A stretch of DNA of 47,834 nt from Pirellulales bacterium (lineage in GTDB: Bacteria > Planctomycetota > Planctomycetia > Pirellulales > UBA1268), in assembly GCA_040397565.1 (NCBI GenBank), contig JBBAVU010000001.1, forward strand, positions 1 to 47,834. The letters run 5' to 3'. The notes under the pieces were generated by a model. The model had not been told where the DNA came from, did no database searches, and worked only from the letters and a program-made list of their open reading frames with translations. The position numbers and the translations under genes are program-made. Positions 25,591 through 33,480 of this stretch are shown piece by piece (the stretch's first letter is position 1; each line of letters opens with the position of its first letter).

Positions 25591-27126
25591 CTAGCCCAGT
25601 TCGGGCAGTATCTGTTCGCTCGCTGCGGCCTCGCGGAGCTTCTCGAGCGCTTTCGCCTCGATCTGACGAACACGCTCTTTCGTGACACCGAGGGCCGACC
25701 CGACCTCCTTGAGCGTCTGCGGCTCGTGGACGTGGTCGAGGCCGTAACGCCGGATGATGATCGTCTGCTCGCGGGCGTCGAGCCGGTCGAGGAACCGGCC
25801 CACCTGCGTCATGCGGTCGCTCTCGTCGATCCGCTGCTGTGTCACGTCGCTCCGGGCGTCGGTCGCCGTCTGGAGCATGTCCATGTCGGCGGCCCGGAAC
25901 CGCTCCCGCCGCTTGTGCTCGTCGGGAATCGTCCGGGCGTAGTTCTTCATGATCGCCCAGGAGGCGTAGGTGGAGAACTTGTTGCCGCGGGCGTAGTCGA
26001 ACTTCTCCACCGCGCGGATGAGCGACATGTTGCCGTCGCTCACCAGGTCGAAGAAGCTGTCGCTCGGCCCGACCCGCCGCTTGGCGATCGACACGACGAG
26101 CCGCAGGTTCGCCCGCACGATCCGGTTCTTGAGCTCCACGATCTCGCCGTAGAGCTTTTCGATCTGGTCCATGAGACGACTGTTCGGCCGCTCGACGTCG
26201 AGATCGTCGCGAAGCCGTGACGCCTTGTGTTTCAGGTAGTTCATCTTCCTGAAGAGCCACACCTCCTGCTCCCTCGAAAGGAGCGGAACCTCGTACAGGC
26301 TCGCGAGGTACGCCGGCAACCCGGACGGGCGGCGGACCCGCTTGCCCGGCTCGTCGAGCCCGGGGTAGGGCTGGTTCACCACCTTCTCGGCGCTCTTGCG
26401 GGAGAAGAGGGCGTTGGGGATGAAATCGAGCGGCAGCTTCTGGATCGCGACCGCCCGCTGCGACTGGATGACGCGGTAGATGCTCGCCTTGCTCCTGCGA
26501 TACCGCCTGGCGATCGACTCGACCGTCTCCCCACCGAGGTGCTGCTGGTAGATCCGCTCGCACGACTCCGGCCTGAGCCGGCCGTCGGCATGCGGAAACA
26601 CGGCCGCCTGCGGATGGGCCTGATCGTGCTCCTTGATCGTGTAGCGGATCGTTTCGACGCTCCGGTTGAGCCGCCGCGCGATGCGTCGATGCGTATCGGC
26701 GGGGCTCGCCCCGGCCGCGGCGAGCCTCCTCGCCCAGCCGAGAATCCGGTCCTTCTCCTCGCCCGACAGTTGGCTGAAACGGCTGCCTCGCTCGATCCGC
26801 AACGGATTGGCTTCGATGAAACGATCGACGGCACCCGAGAGAAAACCGACCCGCGTGCGGCCGCCCACCCGGTAGCGGCCCGCCACGAGGCCATGCTCCC
26901 GCCACCGTGAAATCGTCTTCGTCGAGACGTTGAACCGCTTCGCCAGATCCTCGATGGTGAGGACCTCCTCGTTGCCGGCGTCCAACGTTCCGCCGGCGTC
27001 GCCTCCGAAGTCAGCGGCACCGAAGCCAGCGGCCCCGTCGAAACCGCCACCCGCGGCCGAGCCGGTCGTGGATTCCCTGAACAACCGGATTCCATTCACG
27101 GCGTTCATCTGATGATTGATTTGCAT
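25591..27126 (-). CDS. Sigma-70 family RNA polymerase sigma factor with a ~270 aa N-terminal extension carrying extra HTH modules
   Basis: Region 2 (NLRLVVSIAKRRVG...DLVSDGNMSLIRAVEKFDYARGNKFSTYASWAIMKNYAR) and region 4 (QTLKEVGSALGVTKERVRQIEAKALEKLR). ATG at 27126 is preceded by GGAGGTG. The N-terminus has LTIEDLAKRFNVSTKTISRWREHG plus two further HTH-like segments. Confidence 0.9.
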   Translation of the reverse strand: MQINHQMNAVNGIRLFRESTTGSAAGGGFDGAAGFGAADFGGDAGGTLDAGNEEVLTIEDLAKRFNVSTKTISRWREHGLVAGRYRVGGRTRVGFLSGAVDRFIEANPLRIERGSRFSQLSGEEKDRILGWARRLAAAGASPADTHRRIARRLNRSVETIRYTIKEHDQAHPQAAVFPHADGRLRPESCERIYQQHLGGETVESIARRYRRSKASIYRVIQSQRAVAIQKLPLDFIPNALFSRKSAEKVVNQPYPGLDEPGKRVRRPSGLPAYLASLYEVPLLSREQEVWLFRKMNYLKHKASRLRDDLDVERPNSRLMDQIEKLYGEIVELKNRIVRANLRLVVSIAKRRVGPSDSFFDLVSDGNMSLIRAVEKFDYARGNKFSTYASWAIMKNYARTIPDEHKRRERFRAADMDMLQTATDARSDVTQQRIDESDRMTQVGRFLDRLDAREQTIIIRRYGLDHVHEPQTLKEVGSALGVTKERVRQIEAKALEKLREAAASEQILPELG

Positions 27127-27355
27127 GACACACCTCCAGGTCGCCTGTGGACGTCCGTGATCCCCAGTCTTCCTCGCGAACGCCAGAGTTATACGCGGCG
27201 TCCCCGTCAGTGGTTCTGCCGTCCCGTGGCGGGCTTCAGTTTTTTTCCAGCTACCCGTCCAACCGGCCCGAAATAACCCCGAAACCACCCATCCTTCCCT
27301 TTTTTCGCACGTGGACACTTGGTACGAGGGGCCTGGAAAGCCGATTTCTCATGGA

Positions 27356-28861
27356 ATGGAAACTGTGACGCAGTGGGTCGGCGCGGCCGGGCTGAAGGGC
27401 TCCCTGGGGAAGGCGGGCCTCGCCCTTGCCCTTGTTTCGGCGGTCGTGACCATGCCGCCGGGGCTGGTCCCGCCCCGGGTCGAGGCGAACGATTCGGTCT
27501 CGTCGGGCTCGGCACTCGGCCGCTGGGAACGGGTTCGGGTGAAGATGGAGGCCCGCGGAGAGCTCTTCGCCCCGACGGGCGACGACACCGGCGAGGTCCG
27601 TCGGCCATTCACCGCCGCCGCCCGGCTCGACTTCCTCGAGGGGCTCGCGGAGGCGGATCCAGCCGAAGCCGTCGCGGCCGCCCCCCCGCACGATGCACGC
27701 GGCGTCAGGCACTTTTTCTCGGCCGCCTCGGAGCTCTCGCTCGATCGCGACGGCGATACCCGCCGGTCGCTCGCCCCGGCGACCACCACGCTCGTCGTCG
27801 CAAGTTCCCCGGCGGTGACACACTTCGCCCCCGACACCCTCCTCACCCGCGAGGAGGCGGAACTGCTGGACATCGCGTTCGACCCGCTGCTCCTCGACCG
27901 GCTCCTGCCGCCGGCAGACTCGGCCTCGACGGAATGGCGGCCATCGGCCGAACTCGTGGCGGCTCTTCTCGCGATCGACACCGTGGGACGTCCGGTGGAC
28001 GATCCGAAGGCGGCTCCGACCGGCGAATCGCCCGACCCGGCTGCGACAGGCCCGCTGCTCGCACGGGTCGTGCCGGCGACCGATTCCGACGACGCTGCGA
28101 AACTGGTCGTCACTGGCACCGTCCACGGGGCGGTGGACGGCGTCCCCACCACGATCCGCGTCGATGGCAGCTACGAGCTCGACGCCGCCGGCCGGCGGGT
28201 CAAGAACGGTTTCGTTCGTCTCCGCGAAAAACGCCTCGCCGGACACGTGTCGCCCGGGTTCGAATGCGAGGCGAGCTTCCAGATGGCCCGTCGGCCCGCC
28301 GAGGGGTCGCAGGCCGTTCCCGCCGCCGACGCCGAGGTGCTGTCGGGAATGGAAGCGGCGTGGGCCCGCCTGCTCGACGGCCAATGCACCGGAACCCCCC
28401 GTTCGCTCCGCTTCCAGGACCCGGATCGACGCTTCACGCTCGTCCACGACACCCGCTGGCGGGCCGTCGCCGACGATGCCCGCGGACTCGTGCTGCGGAT
28501 GGTGGACGACGGGGCGCTCCTCGCCGAGTGCACGGTGTCGCCGCTGCCGCCGGGCGAGTCGGGCATGCCGATCGAGGACTTCCGCCGCGACATCGAGCGG
28601 TCGCTCGCTGGTCGGCTTGGCCGCTTCACCTCCTCCGACGAGCAGCCCCCGACGGAGTCCGCGGGAAGGGTGCTGCGGGTGGTGTCCGAAGGCACGATCG
28701 ACGGGGTGCCGCTCGAATGGCGGCACTATCTCGTCGAGGCCGGGCGGGGGAGCCGGACGGCCGTGACTTTTACGGTCGAGCGTCGATTCGCCGACCGGTT
28801 CGGCCGGGCCGACGCGGATTTCATGGCCGGTTTGAACCCGAAAACGGGGCCCGCGCCTTGA
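27356..28861 (+). CDS. Hypothetical protein with an N-terminal hydrophobic segment, no recognisable domain
   Basis: Of the three long overlapping ORFs here, only this one has a protein-like composition (balanced D/E/L/V) and high GC3. The others are Arg/Gly/Pro-rich. Start is either ATG 27356 or GTG 27311. Hydrophobic GLALALVSAVVTMPPGLV lies near the N-terminus. Confidence 0.6.
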   Translation: METVTQWVGAAGLKGSLGKAGLALALVSAVVTMPPGLVPPRVEANDSVSSGSALGRWERVRVKMEARGELFAPTGDDTGEVRRPFTAAARLDFLEGLAEADPAEAVAAAPPHDARGVRHFFSAASELSLDRDGDTRRSLAPATTTLVVASSPAVTHFAPDTLLTREEAELLDIAFDPLLLDRLLPPADSASTEWRPSAELVAALLAIDTVGRPVDDPKAAPTGESPDPAATGPLLARVVPATDSDDAAKLVVTGTVHGAVDGVPTTIRVDGSYELDAAGRRVKNGFVRLREKRLAGHVSPGFECEASFQMARRPAEGSQAVPAADAEVLSGMEAAWARLLDGQCTGTPRSLRFQDPDRRFTLVHDTRWRAVADDARGLVLRMVDDGALLAECTVSPLPPGESGMPIEDFRRDIERSLAGRLGRFTSSDEQPPTESAGRVLRVVSEGTIDGVPLEWRHYLVEAGRGSRTAVTFTVERRFADRFGRADADFMAGLNPKTGPAP

Positions 28862-29028
28862 CGGCCCCCCATCTCCGAGAGGATAGTACGTCGCGCTCCA
28901 GCGGTCCCCACTGGCGGTATTTCCACGGGACGCCGGCCGAAATCCTGATGTCTCGGTTCCTCGGCCGACGGAGCGCGATGCGGATCCCGCTGGAGGATTC
29001 GCGTCGTCGTCCACCGGAGTCGTGAGCC

Positions 29029-29529
29029 ATCGAGAAGCAGCATCGCATCAACGAGCAGATCCGGATCTCGCCGGTGCGGGTGATTTCCGATGAGGGCGCC
29101 CAGTTGGGAGTGATCCCGACGATCGAGGCGCTCGAAAGGGCGCGGGAGGTGGGCCTCGACCTGGTCGAGGTGGCGCCGAACGAGTCCCCGCCGGTCTGCC
29201 GGATCATGGACTTCGGCAAGTTCAAGTACCAGCAGAAGAAGAAGCAGCACAAGACCCACGTTCACCACACGAAGATCAAGGAGATTCGACTTCGGCCAAA
29301 GACGGGCGAGCACGACATCGAGTTCAAGGTGAATCAGGCGAAGGGATTCCTGCAGCACAAGGACAAGGTGATCGTCTCGGTCGTGTTCCGCGGCCGCGAA
29401 CTCGCCCACATCGACGAGGGGCAGCGGGTGATGAAAAACATCCTCGAGCAGCTCGAGCCTGTGGGCAAAGTCGAGGCCCCGCCGCAGCAAATGGGCCGTC
29501 GTCTGGTGTGCACGCTCTCCCCGAGATAA
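29029..29529 (+). CDS. infC: Translation initiation factor IF-3, probable non-canonical ATC start
   Basis: [17 protein letters not shown]...[18 protein letters not shown]...[10 protein letters not shown] is unmistakably IF-3. The conserved RINEQIR block lies upstream of the GTG (29074) used by the ORF track. The frame opens after TGA 29023-29025 and contains only ATC as a possible start. GGAG at 29016-29019 lies 9 nt before ATC 29029. Confidence 0.85.
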   Translation: MEKQHRINEQIRISPVRVISDEGAQLGVIPTIEALERAREVGLDLVEVAPNESPPVCRIMDFGKFKYQQKKKQHKTHVHHTKIKEIRLRPKTGEHDIEFKVNQAKGFLQHKDKVIVSVVFRGRELAHIDEGQRVMKNILEQLEPVGKVEAPPQQMGRRLVCTLSPR

Positions 29530-29580
29530 AGTTTCCTACGCCGACCCAAACCAAGCCGACAGATTTCCAGGAGCCGACCC

Positions 29581-29784
29581 GTGCCAAAGCAGAAGACCCA
29601 CAAGGGAGTGAAGAAGCGTTTCCGCCTGACCGCCAATGGCAAGGTGAAGCACCGTCAGGCTGGCACGAGCCACCTCCAGGTGCGGCTCACAGCCAAGCGG
29701 CGACGAGCCCTCCGCGGCACCCGCGTCCTCGCCCCGGTCGACACGGCGAAGATCGCCGAGGTGCTCGGCCCCTACAGCTACTGA
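29581..29784 (+). CDS. rpmI: 50S ribosomal protein L35
   Basis: MPKQKTHKGVKKRFRLTANGKVKHRQAGTSH is the canonical L35 N-terminus. GTG start with AGGAG 7 nt upstream. Confidence 0.95.
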   Translation: MPKQKTHKGVKKRFRLTANGKVKHRQAGTSHLQVRLTAKRRRALRGTRVLAPVDTAKIAEVLGPYSY

Positions 29785-29814
29785 ACCCAAGAACAAAAGG
29801 AAAAAGGCTGAACC

Positions 29815-30192
29815 ATGCGTACGAAGAGCGTCGTCCCCCGGCTGCGGGCCAAGAAGCGGCTGTTCAAGCGGGTGAAGGGATCGGTCGGCGGTCGCCGCCG
29901 CCTCCTCCGCACGGCGAAGGAATCGATCATCCGCGCGGGCGTGTACGCCCGTCGCGACCGGCGGCGGAAGAAGCGGGACTTCCGGCGGCTCTGGATCGTG
30001 CGGATCAATGCCGCCGTCCGCGAGCGGGGCATCCGCTACAGCCAGTTCATCGCCGGGCTCGAGAAGATCGGATCGGAGCTCGACCGTCGCACGCTCGCGC
30101 AGATGGCCGTCTATGACCCGACGGGTTTCGACGCGGTCGTTGAACAGGTGCGCAAGGCGCTCGGCCTGCCGGCGCCGGCGGCCGTGGCCTGA
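29815..30192 (+). CDS. rplT: 50S ribosomal protein L20
   Basis: [22 protein letters not shown]...[34 protein letters not shown] is canonical L20. Confidence 0.95.
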   Translation: MRTKSVVPRLRAKKRLFKRVKGSVGGRRRLLRTAKESIIRAGVYARRDRRRKKRDFRRLWIVRINAAVRERGIRYSQFIAGLEKIGSELDRRTLAQMAVYDPTGFDAVVEQVRKALGLPAPAAVA

Positions 30193-30258
30193 CGCCATTT
30201 CCGGCTGCTGTGTTCCGGCTTTTGGGGCCGGCTTCTGGCTCCGCGAGGCTGCAGGCTT

Positions 30259-31368
30259 GTGGCTACCGACGACAACATCTCCGAAGGCAAGATCTCCGAA
30301 GGCAAGGCCCCTAAAGACGACGCCTCGAAAGGGCATGCCGGTGTGGAAACAGCCGCGGGCGATGCCGCGCGTCGGTTCGCCGCCGAGGTGGAGCGGCTGC
30401 TCGCCGAAGCCTCCGCCGCCATGGCGTGCGTGGCGGACGCTGCCGCTCTCGAGGCGGCGAGGATCGAATTCTTCGGCGCGAAGGCGGGGCGGCTGAAGGC
30501 CGTGCAGAAACTGCTCGGCGAGCTCGTGGCCGCCGACAAGCCTGCCGGCGGCCGACGGTTCAACGAGGTGAAGCAGACGCTCTCGGCCTGCTTCGAAGAG
30601 GCAGAGGCTAGGCTCGCCGGAGCCTCGAGCGGACTTCCCCCGATCGACGTCACGCTACCGGGCGTGGCCAGGCGTCTCGGCCGCCACCATCCGATCACGC
30701 TCACGATCCGTCGCGTGCAGCAGATCATGGGACGGCTGGGCTTCGAGAGCGTCGAGGGGCCCGAGGTCGAGGACCAGTGGCACAACTTCGACGCGCTCGC
30801 GATCCCGCCCGAGCATCCGGCCCGCGACCCGCTCGACAACTTCTACATCGCCGTCGCGAAGGGGCACTCGCCGCTCCTGCTACGGTCGCAGACGAGCACC
30901 GTGCAGATCCGCGTCATGGAGGCGAGGAAGCCTCCGATTCGGATCATCTCGCTCGGCCGCGTCTACCGGCCCGACACGGCCGACGCCACCCACTACCCGA
31001 TGTTCCACCAGGTCGAGGGCCTCTGCGTGGAGCGAGGCACGACGATGGCCCATCTCAAGAGCGTCTTGCGTTTCTTCGCTTCGAGCTTCCTCGGGGGCGA
31101 CGTGCACGTCCGCTTCCGCCCGTCGTTCTTCCCGTTCACCGAGCCGAGCGTGGAGGTCGACATGGAGTGGGGTGGCCGCTGGGTCGAGATGGGGGGCGCC
31201 GGCATGGTCGACCCGGCGGTGCTCGCCGCCGTCGGCTATGACCCCTCGGAGGTCTCGGGCTTCGCCTTCGGCCTGGGCGTCGAGCGGATCGCCGCCCGCC
31301 GCTATGGCGTCGCCGACATCCGCGACTTCTACCGCAACGACGTGCGGTTCCTGGAGCAGTTCCGATGA
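30259..31368 (+). CDS. pheS: Phenylalanine--tRNA ligase alpha subunit
   Basis: [72 protein letters not shown] and [12 protein letters not shown]. The start is uncertain: GTG 30259 gives a ~40 aa extension relative to E. coli PheS, and an in-frame GTG at 30343 is an alternative. Confidence 0.9.
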   Translation: MATDDNISEGKISEGKAPKDDASKGHAGVETAAGDAARRFAAEVERLLAEASAAMACVADAAALEAARIEFFGAKAGRLKAVQKLLGELVAADKPAGGRRFNEVKQTLSACFEEAEARLAGASSGLPPIDVTLPGVARRLGRHHPITLTIRRVQQIMGRLGFESVEGPEVEDQWHNFDALAIPPEHPARDPLDNFYIAVAKGHSPLLLRSQTSTVQIRVMEARKPPIRIISLGRVYRPDTADATHYPMFHQVEGLCVERGTTMAHLKSVLRFFASSFLGGDVHVRFRPSFFPFTEPSVEVDMEWGGRWVEMGGAGMVDPAVLAAVGYDPSEVSGFAFGLGVERIAARRYGVADIRDFYRNDVRFLEQFR

Positions 31369-33434
31369 TCGTGTCGCTGGCCTGGCTCTCCGACTACGTG
31401 CGGCTCTCGGTGCCGGCCGACACGCTCGCGGAACGCCTCGCGATGGCCGGGCTCAATCACGAGTCGACCCGACGGGTCGGGGACGACACGGCGATCGAGC
31501 TGGAGGTCACGAGCAACCGCCCCGACTGCCTCGGCCACATCGGCGTCGCGAGGGAGGCCGCGGCCATCTTCTCGTTGCCGCTCCACGTGCCGGAACCGGC
31601 CGTCGCCGAGACTGGCGGGCGGGCCGCCGAAAGCATCTCGATCACGATCGCCGATACGACGATCTGCCCCTACTACCAGGCGAGGGTGATCCGGGGTATC
31701 CGCGTGGGCCCGAGCCCGAAATGGCTCGTCGAACGGCTCGCGACGATCGGCATCGCGAGCGTCAACAACGTCGTCGACGTGACGAACTACGTGATGATGG
31801 AGTGCGGCCAGCCGCTCCATGCGTTCGACCTCGCGCAGATCCGGGGCGGGCGGATCGTCGTGCGGCCCGCGAGCCCCCGCGAGCCCTTCGAGGCGATCAA
31901 CCACAAGCGGTACGAGCTCGACGGCCGGATGTGCGTGATCGCCGACGCGGAGCGGCCGATCGCGCTCGCCGGCGTCATGGGGGGAGCCGACAGCGAGATC
32001 TCGGCGGAGACCACCGACGTGCTGATCGAATCGGCGCAGTTCCACCCGCTCGCCGTGCGGGCCGCCGCCCGGTCGCTCGCGCTGATGAGCGACAGTTCGT
32101 ACCGTTTCGAACGGGGGCCCGACCCGGCCGCCGTCGACTGGGCGGGCCGCCGCGCCGCCGCGATGATCCTCGAGCTCACCGGCGGCCGCCTGGACCGCGG
32201 CGTCACGGAGGCAGGTTCGCTCCTGGGCTCGCAGGCCGAGATCCACCTCGCGGACGAAGCCGTCCGGAGGGTGCTCGGCATCGACGTCCCCCCGGAGCGT
32301 CGCAAGGCGATCCTCCACGCACTCGGGTTTCATGCGCTCTCCGAGACCACCTCCGGCTCCTCGTGGCGTGCTCCATCGTGGAGACGCGATGCAGCCCGCG
32401 AGATCGACCTCGTCGAGGAGATCGCCCGCATCGAGGGATACGACCACGTGCCGGAGGACGTGACGATCTCGTCGCGGCCGGTGGAGGTGTCGCGGCGGGA
32501 TCTCGCCGTCGCGCGGACCGGCGAGGTGCTCGTGGCAGGCGGCCTGTGCGAGGCGATGACGCGGAGCGTCGTGAGCGAATCGCTCGATCTGGTTACCGTC
32601 GGCTGGAGCGACCGCCCCGCCCTCACGATTCAGCCCGCGCTCGTGCGGGGTGCCGACCGGCTCCGCCGCACGATCCTTCCGAGCCTGCTCGAGTCGCGCG
32701 TCACGAACGCCGCCGCCGGTTCACCCCACGGCGACCTGTTCGAGATCGCCAGGCTCTACCTGCCCGGCGGCGAGCCCGGCACACTGCCGGAGGAGCCGCT
32801 CGCCGCGGCGATGGTGATCGGAGGCGGCTACGCGGACGCGAAGGGGATCGTCGAGGCCGTGCTCCGGCGGCTCGGCTTCGATCCCTCCGGCCACGGCTCC
32901 GGCACGACGGCCGTCCGTTACGCGGCGATGGCGACCCATGGCGGCGATCCGCTCTTCGAAGCGGGACGCGCGGCCGACATTCTTCTCCCCGGCCCCGATG
33001 CCAAGCCGGTGCGGGTGGGAGTCCTGGGCGAGGTCTCACGGAAATCGCTCGAGCGGTTCGGGCTCGCCGGCTCCGTGGCGGCTGCGGAGCTCCTGCTCGA
33101 CCGGCTCGACGCGGAGGTCGGCCGCGACGTCGCCATCGTGCGGCCGAGTGAGTTCCAGGCGGTCGACCGCGATCTGAACCTCGTCGTGGACGAGTCGGTG
33201 CCGTGGTCGGCGGTTGCCTCGGCGATTTCGGAAGCGGCGGGCGGCGTTCTCGAGCGGCTGAACCTCCAGCAGGTCTGGTCCGACGCGGAGCGGCTCGGCG
33301 GCGGGAAGAAGAGCCTGCTCGTCGCGGTGCGGCTCCGAAGCGACTCCGGCACGCTCTCGGGCGAGGAAACCCGTCGCATCATCGACGCCGCCGTGGCCGC
33401 GGCCTCGAAATCCTGCGGCGCCGTGCTGCGGTGA
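31365..33434 (+). CDS. pheT: Phenylalanine--tRNA ligase beta subunit (short form lacking the N-terminal OB-fold tRNA-binding domain)
   Basis: The ATGA overlap with the pheS stop indicates translational coupling. [12 protein letters not shown]...[26 protein letters not shown]3/4 and B5 blocks, and a C-terminal FDX-ACB-like end. 689 aa versus ~795 aa in E. coli. Confidence 0.9.
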   Translation: MIVSLAWLSDYVRLSVPADTLAERLAMAGLNHESTRRVGDDTAIELEVTSNRPDCLGHIGVAREAAAIFSLPLHVPEPAVAETGGRAAESISITIADTTICPYYQARVIRGIRVGPSPKWLVERLATIGIASVNNVVDVTNYVMMECGQPLHAFDLAQIRGGRIVVRPASPREPFEAINHKRYELDGRMCVIADAERPIALAGVMGGADSEISAETTDVLIESAQFHPLAVRAAARSLALMSDSSYRFERGPDPAAVDWAGRRAAAMILELTGGRLDRGVTEAGSLLGSQAEIHLADEAVRRVLGIDVPPERRKAILHALGFHALSETTSGSSWRAPSWRRDAAREIDLVEEIARIEGYDHVPEDVTISSRPVEVSRRDLAVARTGEVLVAGGLCEAMTRSVVSESLDLVTVGWSDRPALTIQPALVRGADRLRRTILPSLLESRVTNAAAGSPHGDLFEIARLYLPGGEPGTLPEEPLAAAMVIGGGYADAKGIVEAVLRRLGFDPSGHGSGTTAVRYAAMATHGGDPLFEAGRAADILLPGPDAKPVRVGVLGEVSRKSLERFGLAGSVAAAELLLDRLDAEVGRDVAIVRPSEFQAVDRDLNLVVDESVPWSAVASAISEAAGGVLERLNLQQVWSDAERLGGGKKSLLVAVRLRSDSGTLSGEETRRIIDAAVAAASKSCGAVLR

Positions 33435-33480
33435 TCCCGTGGGCTGCGCCGATCCCGTGCCGCGATAGCCGGTCCGACGA

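Noticed and set aside
22150-25688. 637 aa (22150-24063) and 465 aa (24291-25688) minus-strand ORFs
   Set aside because: They are antisense to the PPIase and the AlaC-like aminotransferase respectively. They have no motifs and an artefactual composition.
25463-26905. 480 aa minus-strand ORF in another frame of the sigma factor gene
   Set aside because: The sigma-70 region 2 and 4 motifs are in the 25591-27126 frame. The alternative frame is Arg/Pro/Gly-rich.
27223-27246. CCCG-TGG-CGGG stem followed by T7, resembling a plus-strand intrinsic terminator between the sigma gene and the orphan gene
   Set aside because: The stem is only 4 bp with a 3 nt loop, and 6 nt separate it from the T-run. 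No plus-strand transcript is expected to end here. It is more likely just AT-rich promoter DNA.
27251-29025. 587 aa minus-strand and 568 aa plus-strand (27319-29025) ORFs competing with 27356-28861
   Set aside because: Both translate to Arg/Gly/Pro-dominated sequence. The chosen frame has balanced composition and high GC3. The 568 aa ORF would also run into the infC start region.
30215-30231. CCGGC-TTTTGGG-GCCGG hairpin after rplT, considered as a pheST attenuator or terminator
   Set aside because: The stem is 5 bp and is followed by CTTCTGG, not a U-tract. There is no Phe-rich leader peptide ORF on the plus strand. Three nearby CCGGC copies allow alternative pairings, but that alone is not evidence of attenuation.
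31172-33151. 659 aa plus-strand ORF and 372 aa minus-strand ORF (31329-32447) over pheS/pheT
   Set aside because: They are out of frame with, or antisense to, the clearly identified pheS and pheT.
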